A DNA stretch of 64,000 nt, taken from contig NC_086097.1 in assembly GCF_963921235.1 (NCBI RefSeq), positions 110,362,001 through 110,426,000 on the forward strand, given 5' to 3'. Positions 11,905 to 24,905 of the stretch are shown here, piece by piece (within the stretch, counting starts at the first letter, position 1; every line of letters begins with the position of its first letter). Under the pieces are notes generated by a model. That model was given only the letters and a program-made list of their open reading frames with translations, did no database searches and was not told where the DNA came from. This DNA is from Mobula hypostoma (taxonomy: Eukaryota). Position numbers and translations under genes: made by a program.

Positions 11905-12040
11905 CTACAAAGAAGAGAAAATCTGCAGATGCTGGAAATGCAAGCACACACACAAAATGCTGGAGGAACTCAACAGGTCAGGCAGCATCAATAGAAAAAA
12001 ATACAGTCGACATTTTGGGCTGAAACCCTTTAGCAGGACT
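11905..12040 (-). mobile_element. Short PLE terminal fragment
   Basis: Same PLE end sequence, stopping at the hammerhead remnant; imperfect TSD GACTTGCTG/GACTTGTTG within the ERV RNase H. Confidence 0.8.
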
Positions 12041-12299
12041 GACTTGTTGGCGAGGTAGAGCCAGTAGTCTTATACTGTTATGGGGTGTCTCTTTTGGGAA
12101 GCGGAGTTGCAAAAGGACATTTAGGTCTGATCATCGCATGTTACCATTACAGTTTACTGTGTCGACACCCATTTGAGAGATGATTTGCCGATGATAAGAT
12201 TTAACAACATTGCTGACAAATTCACTTGTGTTGACAAGGTGACATCAAGCCCCCAGTCTCAAATAACGTTATTGCCACTTGGTCAGTGGGCCCATGATG

Positions 12300-13137
12300 T
12301 GGTGAAGTTAAGATGGTGATAAACGGCAAATCCTTTGCTTGCATCTTCAAAAACAGCTCTTCTTCTATCTTTGATATCTCTCTTTTTTTTCCTTTTCAGA
12401 GTATTGAGGGGGTTCTCTTGAAGACTTTGACCTGGAGTTACACTTTGACTTTGGTTCTTTGAAGGAATGGGACCCGCTCTCAGGGCCTCACGACCGGCTG
12501 CTTTTTGATATCCCAAGGACGCGGCCTGGAAGACTAGCACGCCTTCAGGGTGCTGGATTTCATAGCTCTGGGGAAGGGCTGTTTCTAGGCCGGTGCCGCT
12601 GACTGAGGCGTCGTGGGAGAACGCAGAACATCGGGAGCAGCGGGTTAGCTGCCGGGGGTTGTGTGTCCGGAGAGCTGTGCCTTTTTGGTGCCAACTCTCC
12701 CTCCGGGTGCAGAGCTCAGAGAAAGTGACGCATCAGACTTTCAATATCATAAATCAGGGAGTTGTTTGATGTCTTTCCCTCTCACTGTGAAACGGGGGCA
12801 TCGCTTTTTCCCTTATTAAGGAGAGAGCGAACCTGTGGTATGTCGAATTATTGGGTAAATATGTAGTTTTTGGGATACTGCAAGTCTGTGTCTTTCTTGA
12901 TGCTTTGCTGCACACTTGTGCTCGGTGGAGGGTGCTGATGCTTCTTTGCTGGTGGGCAGTCGGCGGGGTCATCGTCTTGCTGCTTGCGTGTTGGAGGGGG
13001 AGTTGGGAGGGGGGTTTTGGGGCTGTAACGTTTTAACTGTCTTTCATTCTTTGGGGCATTCCTGTTTTTCATGGATGCCTGTGAAGAAAAAGAATTTCAG
13101 GATGTGTATTGTATACATTTTTCTGACATTAAATGAA
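12300..13137 (+). mobile_element. Non-coding LINE-tailed element with AAGATGG head, inserted in the ERV integrase HHCC
   Basis: Starts AAGATGGTG; ends in a Rex-like tail (aagaatttcaggatgtgtattgtatacat..attaaatgaa); flanks CCATGA/CCACGA rejoin QWAH|ESSGH. Confidence 0.7.
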
Positions 13138-13928
13138 TCCACGAGTCTTCTGGTCATCTGGGGGTACAGGCTACCATGGAGTGGTCACGGCAGCGGGGAT
13201 TATTCCTTCCCACTGATAACACTCGTACAGCGGTTGTAGGGAGTTGTGTGCTATGTTTAGAAATTAAGAACTGACAGTGTTTAAAATGACCCGTGGTTGC
13301 TATTCGTCATTGGCATGCCCCGCTCAGATTTGGCAATTAGATTACGTTGGTCCCCTTCCTTTACTTAAGTGCCTCCTCAGTTATTCTGGTCTTTTGTTGG
13401 GAATCCCTACTGTTAAAACTAATCAGGATGGCACCCTTCAGGATTAGAACATCTTGCTTCTGCATAAGGCAAACCTTTTGAAATTCAATCCGATGATGGT
13501 TCAGGGTACAAGAGTGGGGTGTCTCTAATGGTGTATGGTGGGTCTTCCATGTCCCCTATTATCCTTAGGCCAGCGGTTTGATTGATCGAATGAGTGGCCT
13601 ATTAAATCAGCAAATTCATCTTCTTACTACTGCCGATCCCTTGTCTGGATGCTTACCTGTTCTTCCCCATGCTTTGTATAATTTGAACAACTGCCCTTTG
13701 TGTGTGTTGCTTTGAAAGGAGGTACTCTTTTCTGTTAATGACAGGACAATCTTTTCCTTTTGTTCCTGATGGCACAACTGAAAGTGCTGATAGAGCCGAC
13801 TCAGTTCTGCAAGGGAGGGAGGGGGGTAAAGTGTTTGTGACATACCCGTCTTCCCCTCCAATGCAGGGTGAGATTATTGCCGACGGGCAGGGAAGTACAC
13901 CCTGGTGATGGTACAGGATAGAGCCATT

Positions 13929-14005
13929 GTGTGTGTGTGTGTGTGTCTGTTTGTCTGTCTGTGTGTGTTTGTGTGTGTGTGTGTGTGTCTGTCTGTCTGT
14001 CTGTC
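13929..14005. repeat. (GT)n/(GTCT)n microsatellite
   Basis: Read directly. Confidence 0.95.
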
Positions 14006-14317
14006 TAAGGGTTTTGCAATATTCCTGCGAAACGACTGTCATATTGATTGCAATCTGACTCTTGCATCCCCGAGTACAATGTGATGTTTTTAAACCTATC
14101 TCAAACTGTTTTAATTGTCAACAAGATGCTGTTAACGTCCCTTAAGGATGAAAATATATACTTCAATGTGAATGTCGAGGTTAATAATAATTGGATCTGT
14201 ATAATTTTTCATGATAGTATTCGTTTTCAGTCATCCAAGTGATATGCATTCTTCATTTTAAGCAGAAGGAGGAGTAATATATGTCTTTGGCTTGCTCAGC
14301 CATTTAAGAGGGTGAAA

Positions 14318-14816
14318 TGTGTTGTGGTGTATTAAATTTTGTAAAAATATTAGATGAAAGTCTGAACATTTCCAAGTATCTCTTTGTGAGCTCACAGCAT
14401 GTAAGGTGTCTGTACAAGTTAAACACTAGGTTTGTTAAATGTTAGCTAATAGTGGCTGGGTTCTTTCTTGGCCTCAAGGCACTTGTGGCATGGGAACAAA
14501 AGACCAAATAGTTTGACTGTCTCTGCATGTCTCACTAGGCATCTGGAATGATTCCCTATTTATTGAGGCACCTTTCACTCCGTGCCTAGGACAGACCCAC
14601 GGTGATTTCACAAATCGGAATTCAGAGTTCCCCCAACAACAGTGACAACCAAGTCCCCCCAGTGACAGCAACAAATGAGTGGACACTATAAATCGTGAGC
14701 CCTGAAATCTTGGTTATTTACTATGTCATATTTAATGTGATTTATTTGTGCTTTCTATTTTGTGATAATAAATTAGGCTTAAGTTACTTAGTTGTGCTTG
14801 TATGCTTATTACCACA
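14318..14816 (+). repeat. Putative 3' LTR of the class III ERV
   Basis: Purine tract AAGAGGGTGAAA immediately before TGTG; ends ACCACA; TATAAA near 14687 and AATAAA at 14767. Confidence 0.65.
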
Positions 14817-14964
14817 TTTCCTGGTCACTCGAATTGGTTTGATTCTTTGAGTCTAATCAGCCAGCCCATAACATTACCAGTGACATTATACTGTTGTTCA
14901 TTTAACTATATGTCGTATATGAACCTTATGTCAACTAGTACATCTGCAGATGTTTTTGTCTCAA

Positions 14965-15742
14965 AGTTCAAAGTACATTTATTATAATACAATTCTTCCT
15001 CCCACAGGCAGCCATGAAACAAAGAAACACATGGAACCTATTCCTAGAAAAAACATTGATCATTCAGCACATGAAACAAAGAACAAGTGTAAATGGCAAG
15101 AAGCAACTGAACGACACATTGAATATCAACATTAAACCTGGAGTCCACAAGTATTCAGTTTAGTTCAGTTCGGGACCACTAGCCAACTGCAGGCCGTAGA
15201 ACTAGTCTTCACTGAAACACACTGGTCCTCACCAATCAAACCGCTCAAAAACAGCAAAAAAGGAGCAACCGGAATCCAGTAACATGAGCCTTAAAGTCCC
15301 CCAAAATGAGTCCCCAGCCACGAACCTCGCTGATCAATCCTTAAAACGTGGAACCCAAGACTCCTGCATTTTCCTTTGACAGCAGGTAGCGAGAAGGGAG
15401 AGAAGGGCAATCAAATGCAGGCAGACGGCTCCAAGCACAGGCCCACACTCCATTTTCATCTCCGTTGACATCTCAATCGGTGAGAAGCAAAAGAGTCGAT
15501 CCTGGGCTCACACCTTGTCTCCAGGCTTCACACTCCACTCCAAACCTCGCTGAGCTCTCTCAGAAAGAGCAAAGCACCAGATCATTCAATTGGCCCCAAA
15601 ACACACATCAAAATGTAAATCACAGGTTCTAATCACATGCAGCTTAGCAGTAGGATCATACTTGAAAGAATAAGTAAAAGAAGTAGTTTTGTGAACTGTC
15701 TGCAGGACGTCGCTGTTGGTCGCATTGTTTGCTGGCGCCATT
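14965..15742 (-). mobile_element. Non-coding LINE-tailed element
   Basis: TTCAAAG-type tail at 14965; minus-strand head AATGGCGCC near 15740. Confidence 0.55.
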
Positions 15743-17096
15743 GAAGTATAATATCTGATAATATTGTTGTTAATATTATTTTATGTGCTGTGTGTGATAT
15801 ATGTACTGTGTTTTGCAGCTTTGTCCCTGAGGATCATAGTTTCATTTAGCTGTATACATGTGCTTGTTTGAATGACAATAAACTTGAATGTAGGACAGAA
15901 AAATTAGAGGGCACAGGTTAAAGTTGAGAGGGAAAAATTTAAAGGGAATCTGAGAGGGAAGTTCTTACTTACAGAAGATGGTGGATATATGGAACAAATC
16001 AGTAGAGGTGACTAAGTCACAGTGCTTTAAAAAAAGTGCAACACACAAAAGAGCTGGATTCCAGCCTCTGTCTGTTGGTCCATATTTCCAGCATCTGTGG
16101 TCTCTTATCTCTCTCTTTAAAATATTTTGAACAGCCATGGTATTAGCTTAAATAATTATCTTCTTTAACTTGGCTACACAGTTTGATCGGGTGGTTAGGA
16201 AGGCATATGGCACGCTTGCCTGTATTAGTCAAGGTATCGAATTCAAAAGTCAGAAGGTTATGTCTGGTCTCTGGTCTTTCTGTTTTTGTTCCCATTCATC
16301 TGTAGTGGCCATCATCGATCTGTGTCCCTCTCCTGGTTCACACACACTTCATCCAGCCTCTCCCTCTTCCATCTGGTTCCATCTGCCCACAATCGCACCC
16401 TTAATGGTTCCCATTAACACCTTTCCAGATGCAGTGCAGATTCCAGCACTGGTAACCTTCGTGTTCCTGCTTATCACCCCTCTAGCTGTCTCCACCTTCA
16501 GCTTCCCGTTCCCCTGCCAGGCGCCATCTGTCCTTTTCTCTTCTTTTTCCTTGACTGCCTCCACTTACTAACTGTCAGACCACTTCCCACAAACCGGAAT
16601 AATGATCAAATGATCTTTATTAGCAAGTTAATGAGGGATAAAACTTGATCTGGACACCAGGGAGAGCTCCCATTCTGAGAGGGACTTCAGGTTAACATTT
16701 CATTTAAAAGGCAGTATCTCAAAGTGTCATGTAACCCCTTGCTGCTGGTTAAAATGTTTTCTCCTCAGTTCTGAGCGGGGGTTTCTGTAAATAAAGAAAT
16801 CAGAATTAAACATCAACACCATGTATACTTTACAGATTGCAAATAATTACTGCTGAGAGGAAACCTGCAATCAAAGTGGCAGCATCTCATTTTGAAGTTG
16901 TGCTATGATACAACTTGCATTTTTTTATATTTCAAAAATAACTTTATTCATAAAAATAAGTACAATTAAATAAAAATCAATACACAACACTTTTTACATT
17001 CGCAGTATCATCCAGGCTCTACGTTCATAAGGAGTATCATCAACTCTGGTAAAATTAATTTTTACCGCTTGATCATGATTCTCATTACTTCCAGTA

Positions 17097-18130
17097 AGAT
17101 GGTGCCACGTTCCATAGCAGAGGCTTCCACAGGGTCAACTAAAGGTGTTATTGTCCTTTTTAAACATTGTTTTAACGATCACAAGAACCTGCCAGACTTC
17201 AAGAACTTGGAGTACTGCATGTGCACCCCACCCGCGAGTTGCCTGTTGGTGGAGAGACGAAAGGAGCTCCTCTTGATGCGGATTGCGCTGCTGCCTGCAT
17301 CGGAGAGGTGTCAGGGGTGTGGTGCACGAAGGTGGTGTGCAGTCTAACAGCAAGTGAGCATCTTAGTTGCTTTTCTTGTGATCACAAGACCCTGTTGGAC
17401 ATTGTTGGGCCTGAAGCCATGGTGTCTGGGGGTTGGGGGTGGGCACAGCATCCGGGCTGGTGGAGTCTATTGTAGTCAACTATGGATTGATGGCACAAGT
17501 TTCTTTGTCTCTTTTTTTAATTGCGTGATTTTGATACTATTTTGGGTCTCTAATGTGTGTTTTGTGCTATATGTTACTGTACTGTGCTTTGCACCTTGAC
17601 CCCGTAGTAACATTGTTTCATTTGGCTGGATTATATGGTTGAAATGTCAATTAAACTTGAACATGTTAATGTGGGGTGTTGCAAGTCTGATTCATTGACG
17701 GACAGCAGGAGAGCTGCGTTCCTCAGCGGTAGTGAGGACCACAACTCAAACCATGGTATCAACTGTTTACAGCCACCCAGGAGAGAGGCGTCTGAGTCAG
17801 TGCCCTCCACTGGAGGTGGTGTGGTGTGGTGTGGCATCCAAGCTGGAGTCAGCGCTGTCTCTAGGGTTCACTCGGCAGAAGACATGCTGTATTGTGTTCG
17901 ACTGCAGACTGCTGTGACATTCACAGGCTCAGGACCCTGGACTATATTTTTTGTGTGACTGTATTTTACTGATACTTTGTATGTACTTGCTATCATAAAT
18001 GTGCCTCATGAGCCTTGCGCTGTGTGTGACTTTTGGTACTGTGTTTTGTACCTTGGCCCTGGAGCGGCGCTGTTTCATTTGGCTGTATTCATGGATATTC
18101 ATGTATAGTTGAATGACAATTAAACTTGAA
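17097..18130 (+). mobile_element. Two adjacent non-coding LINE-tailed elements
   Basis: AAGATGGTGCC head at 17097; homologous tails (gtttcatttggctg..gttgaatgacaattaaacttgaa) ending near 17660 and 18130. Confidence 0.55.
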
Positions 18131-19039
18131 CTTTACACATTTATGGTGTCATCAAGTTAATATATTCTATCTACAAAGCGCCAAGTCCACTTACGTGACC
18201 TTTTTGAACAAAATCCCTTCATGTTTTTATGGGGCTCTCAGTGCCCAGTGACAACAAGGCTTTAAATTGCTGTCGTTCCCCATAAAGCTGGATCAGGCTT
18301 CAGTGCATTCCTTTGCAAATATTACTGCAGCCTGGAATCTGCCAGGTGGCAGCATTGTGTGATACCGGAAGACCAACGTGTTCCAGGCAGATCAAAGTTC
18401 AGCTCTCACCCCTGTTAATGATCTTCCAGCAACACAATGCTTGTTTTAGTTTATGTCCCTAGGATCAGACCATAGATCAGAGAGTCCTCTGTAAAACAGC
18501 TGTTTGTGATTAACCATAACAAGGATCCTTTTCTCCGACCTTCTTTTAAAATGCAGAGTCCACAAAGTGGTAGATGATCATCTCATCCTCATTTACTTTG
18601 TCTCAAACCATGTAGAAATGATCTGATGGGGATGGCCCCTTTTACTGGCAGCAAAGCAAGCTCTTGGTGCAGTGAGTGAGTTCCAGTGTTGAAGTATTCT
18701 GCCAAATGTTTTTGACAGTTTGCTCAGGGAAACATCCCACGTGATTTATTGTGTCCTTCTCCTACAGCCTGCAGCTTGTTATGTACCTGATAGGCTAATT
18801 AAAGGTTTTTTTTTCCAAAGGAACATCTCCACGAAATAGTGCGGCAACGTCCAGTTGAATTGAATATTGTTCGGCAACAAAGCACGACCTAAACACAGGC
18901 AGAACCCCTCTAATATCAGCTTGAACGTTGCCATCTCTCTGTCCTTTGTTGTTTGTCTGCTGTTAAAGATGGTACTGGTGAACTGCGGCAAAGTTCTGTG
19001 GGCTGTGAACAATACTTCAAGATATACTTTTAAATATAC

Positions 19040-19328
19040 CTCTTTCACGCCAACCACACTGTTCCAGCTGCTGCCATCCGGGAAATGGTACCGCAGCATA
19101 AAAGCCAGGACCTACCGGCTCTGGAACAGCTTCTTCCACCAGGCCACCAGACTGATTAACTCTTGCTGACACAACTGTATTTCTATGTTATGTTGACTAT
19201 CCTGTTGTACATACTATGTATTATAAATTACTATAATTGTACAGTTGAATGGAGACTGTAAAGATTTTTACTCCTCACGTATGTGAAGGATGTAAGTAAT
19301 AAAGTCAATTCAATTCAATTCAATTCAA
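19040..19328 (+). mobile_element. Rex1-like 3' end insertion with (AATTC)n tail
   Basis: LFQLLPSGKWYRSIKART.RLWNSFFHQATRLIN; same family as 53752-54670. Confidence 0.85.
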
Positions 19329-19707
19329 ATTCCTGTCACTGCAATCTGCAGTATGTAATTTCCCTCTAAGTAACGTACTTCTAATTCAGCTTAATGATCT
19401 ACAGATTTCACGATGGTCTGACAGTCTCGGCAGACCAGGCAAGTAAGGGACCTTAAAGTGCACGAAGGTTCACAGGCTTGCCCAGAAGTGAGGTAGGGAG
19501 GGGGGACTCCAAGCCGGGCTGAAACACACAGGGATGAGGCCCCCTCTGCCCAGCATCTTGTTAGCAAATGTGCAGTCGCTGAAAAACAAAACTGAGGACC
19601 TGAGGGCAAAATTGCTGTATCGGAAGGAGCTGAGAAACTACTGCATTCTATGTCTGAGTAAAACTTGGATGTCTCCCTGCATGCCAGACACAGTAGTCAA
19701 ACCATAA

Positions 19708-19799
19708 CAACATACATCAAAGTTGCTGGTGAACGCAGCAGGCCAAGCAGCATCTATAGGAAGAGGCGCAGTCGACGTTTCAGGCCGAGACCCTTCGTC
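19708..19799 (-). mobile_element. 92-bp young PLE terminal fragment
   Basis: Matches the left end of the 30055-31784 element; 13-bp TSD AGTCAAACCATAA (19695-19707, 19800-19812); truncated at the hammerhead CTGACGA box. Confidence 0.92.
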
Positions 19800-20283
19800 A
19801 GTCAAACCATAAGGCTTCTTGATTTACTGAATGGACCGAACTGCTGATTTGGCAAAGGCAAAAGGTGGAGGTGTGTATTTCATGATAAATTCTCACTGGT
19901 GCTCCAATATGGTAGTTTTGTCGAACTCTTGTTCTCCTGACCTTGACCACCTAATGGTTAAATGCTGTCTGTTCTACTTATCTAGGGAATTTTCAATTGT
20001 GATCCTCACCAGAGTTTACATACACCCAACTATAATCAAGTGCTTAAGATACCACATGATGCTATCTCCAAACAAGAAACAGTTCACTCTGATGCATTTC
20101 AAATCACAGTCGGAGTCTTCAAACAGGTTTGTTTGAAGAAAATCCTGGCCAATTACCATCAGCATATAACCCGTAGCACCAGAGGTCCCAACACACTGGA
20201 CCACTGTTACACTACAATAAGGGATGCCTACCATTCAATTCCCAGGCTGTATTTCAGTAAATTAGATCACTTGGCTGTCCATT

Positions 20284-23200
20284 ACAAGACCATAAGACAT
20301 AGGAGCAGAACTAGGCCATTCAGCCCATTGAGTCTGCTCCACCATTCAATTATGGCTGATTGATCCTGGATCCCTCACAACCGGCACTAGTCAGGGAGAA
20401 GAGTTTTAAAAAGGAATGTTTCGTGGGGCTCAGCACATTAGCAGTAGACCATTTGATTCGCAGAGAGAGAGAGCTTCACACAGGTCAGGGGGAAGAGTTT
20501 AAAAGAGCGTTTTGCAGTGCTCAGCGCATTAGCGGCAGACGAATCAATTCGCAATTCTTTAGCAGGAGCAAATAAAAGTAAAGCAGGGTCAAAGCAGAGC
20601 GGCCATTGTGTGAGTGGACCAGTGTAGGAGTGGGAACTTGAGGCTTTGGCTCAAGAGGCTTTGGCGAGGAGGCGCACGTAAGGCTTTTGTAATGGTTGAA
20701 GATAAAAATTACTAAATTACAGCTAATTAAATAAAGTAGGGATGATGCAGGATCAGGTGATGTGCTGTAGCTGCATGATGTGGGAGCTGGTGGACCCCAT
20801 TGTGGTCCCTGGTGACCACATCTGCAGCAAGTGCTGGCTGCTCAAGGAACACAGGCTCAAAGTTGATCGCCTGGAATCTGAGCTTCAAACACTGCAGCAC
20901 ATCAGGGAGGGGGAGAGTTATCTAGATTCTCTTTTACAGGAGGTAGTCACAGACTAGCTGCCTCAAATTCTCTGTGGTCAGGGGCAAGAGGGTGTGACTG
21001 CGAATGAGGTGAGTAGTGGGATCCAAGAGCCAGTGCTGGAGGAGCCTCAGCCCTTGAGCTTGTCCAACAGGTCTGAGATTCTTGCTCCCTGTGTGGCTGA
21101 GAGTGGGGGGTGTAGGAAGGATGGCACCATGGTTCAGGGAGCCATTCAAGAGGGGGGAAGAGAAGAGAAATGTAGTGGTAATTGGGGATGGGGATGATAT
21201 AGTCAGGGGAATAGACTGAGTTCTTTGTCATGAGGATAGAGCATCCCGAAGGTTGTGTTGCTTGCCTGGTGCCTGGGTTCAGGACATCTTATCCGACCTG
21301 CAGAGGAATTTGCAGTGGGAGGGGAAAGATCCTGTTGTCGTGGTCTCTGCGGGTACAAAAGACTTGGGTAGAATGAGGAAAGAGGTTCTGCTGAGGGAAT
21401 TTGAGCAGCTAGGGACTAAATTAAAAAGCAGAACCAAAAAGGCAGTAATCTCTGGATTACTAATGGAACCACGTGCAAATTGGCATTGGGTCAAGAAGAT
21501 TAGAGAGCTAAATGTGTGGCTCAAGAATTGGTATGGGAGAGGTGGGTTTGAATTCATGGGAAACTGGCACCAGTACTGGCGAAGGAGGGAGCTGTACCAA
21601 TGGGACGGGCTCCACCTGAACTCTGATGGGACCTGGATCCTAGCGAGTCGGAAAACTCGGGCTGAGGATAGGGCTTTAAACTAAATAGTGCGGGGGGGGG
21701 CAGGGGTTCAACAGATTGGAGAAGTAAAAGTGTGGATACAGATAAAGCAAAAGATAAAAAAGAGAAAAGTAAGAGTGGAGCGAAGAAAGGTCAAGTGCAA
21801 AAGAGTAAAAGATTTTAAAAGTACAATGAGTGGAAGGGCACTTTATTTGAATGCCCATAGTATTCGAAACAAAGTCAGTGAACTTGTGGCACACATCAGT
21901 ACAAGGGGCTATGATTTAGTGGCCATCACCTAGATGTAGTTGCAAGGTGGACAGGATTGGGAATTAAATATCCAAGGATATCAGGTAAAATGGAAGGATA
22001 GACAGGAAGGTAAGGGAGGTGGGGTAGCACTCTTAATTAAAGATGAGATCAGGGTTATAGTGAGAGACGATATAAGATCTAAGGAGCAGAATGTTGAATC
22101 CATTTGGGTAGAGATTAGGAATAGTAAAGGGGAAAAAAATCACTGGTGGGAGTTGTCTATCGGCCACCGAATAATAACATTACAGTGGCACAGGCAATAA
22201 ACAGAGGGATATCTGAGGCATGTAAAAATGGAACAGCAGTTATCTTGGGGGATGTTAACTTACACATAGATTAGGTGAATCAAATTGGTCGAGGCAATCT
22301 TGAGGAGGACTTCACAGAATGCATCCATGATGGTTTTCTTGAACAACATGTTACTGAACCTACAAAGGAACGTGCCATCTTAAATGTGGTCCTGTGCAAT
22401 GAGACAGGTGAAATTAGTGATCTTGTAGTTAGGGATCCTCTTGGAAAGAGTGATCACAGTATGATTGAGTTTCTCATACAAATGGAGGGAGCAATAGTTT
22501 GATCTAAAACCAATGTATTATGCCTAAACAATGGAGATTACAATCGGATGAGGAAGGATTTGGCTCGTATAGACTGGGAACACAGGCTATATGGTGGAAT
22601 GGTTGAGGAACAGTGGAAGGCTTTCAAAGAGATTTTTCACAGTGCTCAACAAAAGTATATTCCAGTTCAAAGCAAGGATGGTAAGGATGGGGAGAGCCAG
22701 CCTTGGATAACTAAGGAAATAAAAGAAGGCACCAAACTAAAAGCTTGTGCGTACAAAGTAGTCAAGAGTAGTAGGAAAATGGACAATTGGGAAAACTTTA
22801 AAAAGCAACAAAGAATCTCTAAGCAAGAAATGAAGAAAGGGAAGCTTGATTATGAAGGACAAGAAAGGGGAGTTAATAGTGGGTAATGAGAAAATAGCAA
22901 AGGCTTTGAATTACTGTTTTGTGTCAGTCTTCGTGGTGGAGGACACATCTAACATGCCAAAGAGAGATGTTATGGATGCAATGGGGGGGGGGGGGGTAAG
23001 GACCTCGATACAATAACTATTACTAAAGAGGTAGTGCTGAGTAAACTTGTGGGCCTGAAGATAGGTAAGTCCCCTGGTCCTGGTGGAATGCATCCCAGGG
23101 TACTGAAAGAAATGGCAGAAGTTATAGTAGAGGCTTTGCTGATAATTTACCAAAATTCTCTAGTCTCTGGGCAGGTCACAGCAGATTGGAAGATGGTAAA

Positions 23201-24905
23201 TGTCACACCACTGTTCAAAAAAGGACTTTGGCAGAAGGCAGGTAACTATAGGTCAGTTTGTTTAACATCTGTAGGTGGCAAAATGCTTGAAGCTATCAAT
23301 AAACAAGAAATAGCAAGGCATTTGGAAAGAAATGGATCCATCAGACAGACGCAGCATGGATTCAGCAAAGGCAGGTCCTGTTTGACAAACTTCCTGGAGT
23401 TCTTTGAGGAAATAATGAACACAGTGGACAGAGGGGAACAGATGGACATTACTTACTTGGATTTCCAGAAGGTGTTTGAAAAGGTGCCACATAAAAGACT
23501 TATCCATAAGATAAGGATGCATAGAGTTGGGGGTGATGTATTAGCATGGATAGAGGTTTGGTTAACTAATAGAAAGCATAGAATTGGGATACATGGGTGC
23601 TACTCTGGTTGGCAATCAATAATGAGCCGTGTGTCACAGGGGGTGGTGCTGGGCCCACAACTGTTCATTATAAACATTAACAATGTAGAAGAGGTATACA
23701 TAGGCTAGGTGAGTGGGCAAGGGTCTGGCAGATGGAGTACAATGTTAGTAAATGCAAGGTCATCCACCTTGGAAGGAAAAATTAAAAAGCAGGTTATTTA
23801 ACAGGTAAAGAATTGCAGTGCAGAAGGACTTGGGAGTGCTTGTGCATGAATCACCGAAGGCTGGTTTGCAGGGGCAGCAGGCTATCAAGAAGGCAAATGG
23901 AATGTTGGCCTTCATTGCCAGAGGGATTGAATTTAAGAGCAGGGAGGTTATGCTGCAACTGTACAAGGTACTAGAGAGGCTGCACCTGGAGTACTGCAGG
24001 CAGTTCTGGTCTCCTTACTTGAAAAATGATATACTGGATTTGGAGGTGGTGCAGAGGAGGTTCGCCAAGTTGATTCCAGAGATGAGGGGGTTAGACTAAC
24101 TGGAGAGATTGAGTCACCTGGGACTGTATTGACTGGAATTCAGAAGAACTAGAGGAGATCTTATAGAAACATATAAAATTCTGAAAGGGATAGATAAGGT
24201 ATGACAGAGAAGTTGCTTCCACTGGTAGGTGAGACTAGAACTAGGAGACATAGCCTCAAGTTTCCGGGGAGTAGATTTAGGACAGAGATGAGGAGGAACT
24301 GCTTTTCCTAGAGAGTGGTGAATCTGTGGAATTCTCTGTCCAATGAAGCAGTGGAGGCTACCTCAGTAAATATATTTAAAACAAGGTTGGGTAGATTTTT
24401 CTATGGGGAAGTTGGGGAATTTAGGGTTATGGGGAAAGGGCATATAGGTAGAAATGAGTCCATGGGCAGACCAGCCATGATTTTATTGGAAGGCGGAGCA
24501 GGCTTAATGGGCTTCATGGCCGACTCCTGCTCCTATTTCTTATGTTCTAACCCCATACACTTGCCTTCTCACCATACCTTTTGATGCCCTGACTGATCAG
24601 GAAACGATCAACTTCTGCCTTAAATATACTCATGGACTTGACCTCCACTGCTGTCTGTGGCAGAGCATTCCACAGGTTCACTAAAAAATTTGTCTTTACA
24701 TCTGTTCTAAAAGGTCACCCCCTCAATCTTGAGGCTCTGCCCTCAAAGTTCTGGGTACCTCCACCATAGGAATCATCCTCTCCTCATCCACCGTATCTAG
24801 TCCTTTCAACATTCGGTAGGTTTTAATGAGATCCCCTCTTCCTCCCCCACCCCCCGCATTCTTCTAAATTCCAGTGAGTACTGGTCCAAAGTTGCCAAAT
24901 GCTTA
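20284..24905 (-). mobile_element. Older CR1 3' fragment split by the full-length CR1 (pieces 20284-20382 and 24549-24905)
   Basis: Antisense CR1 3'UTR ...ccctcacaacc resumes as aaccccatacacttgccttctc. Confidence 0.75.
20383..24548 (+). mobile_element. Near full-length decayed CR1 LINE (5'UTR, ORF1 with Zn finger/coiled coil/SGNH esterase, ORF2 APE+RT)
   Basis: ORF1 CCSC..ICSKC and LPGA..AGTKD..DGLHLN; ORF2 YLNAHSIRNK, KGGGVALL, LGKSDH, KSPGPGGMHPRVLKE, QHGFSKGRSCLTN, YLDFQK; tail CCTATTTCTTATGTTCT; 4-bp TSD AACC; many stops and frameshifts. Confidence 0.93.

Larger units (their letters stand above)
9523..14816 (+). mobile_element. Class III (ERV-L/ERV-S-like) endogenous retrovirus relic: pol (RT-tether-RNase H-IN) + 3' LTR, split by five insertions
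   Basis: Hand translation: VAHYIYDVLL (YIDD), KIKGPATTVHFL, HIPHLTVIL, WGPEQQ, AVWSL*Q..PLAFWS..YTAFEEQLLACY*AL..TE, SDTLTHKLGHAQ*SSII..KWYI, SQYAELVAV, DTWAVANGLA, QWAH..SGH, C..C, WQLDYVGPLP, IQSDDG, FHVPYYP*ASGLI. Confidence 0.88.
18960..20283 (+). pseudogene. Rex1/Babar LINE 5' region (APE endonuclease), decayed
   Basis: PPLPSILLANVQSL, ELRNYCILC, DRT..KAKGGGVYFMINSHWC, SPDLDHLMVKC, REFS, TRGPNTLDHCYT. Confidence 0.85.
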
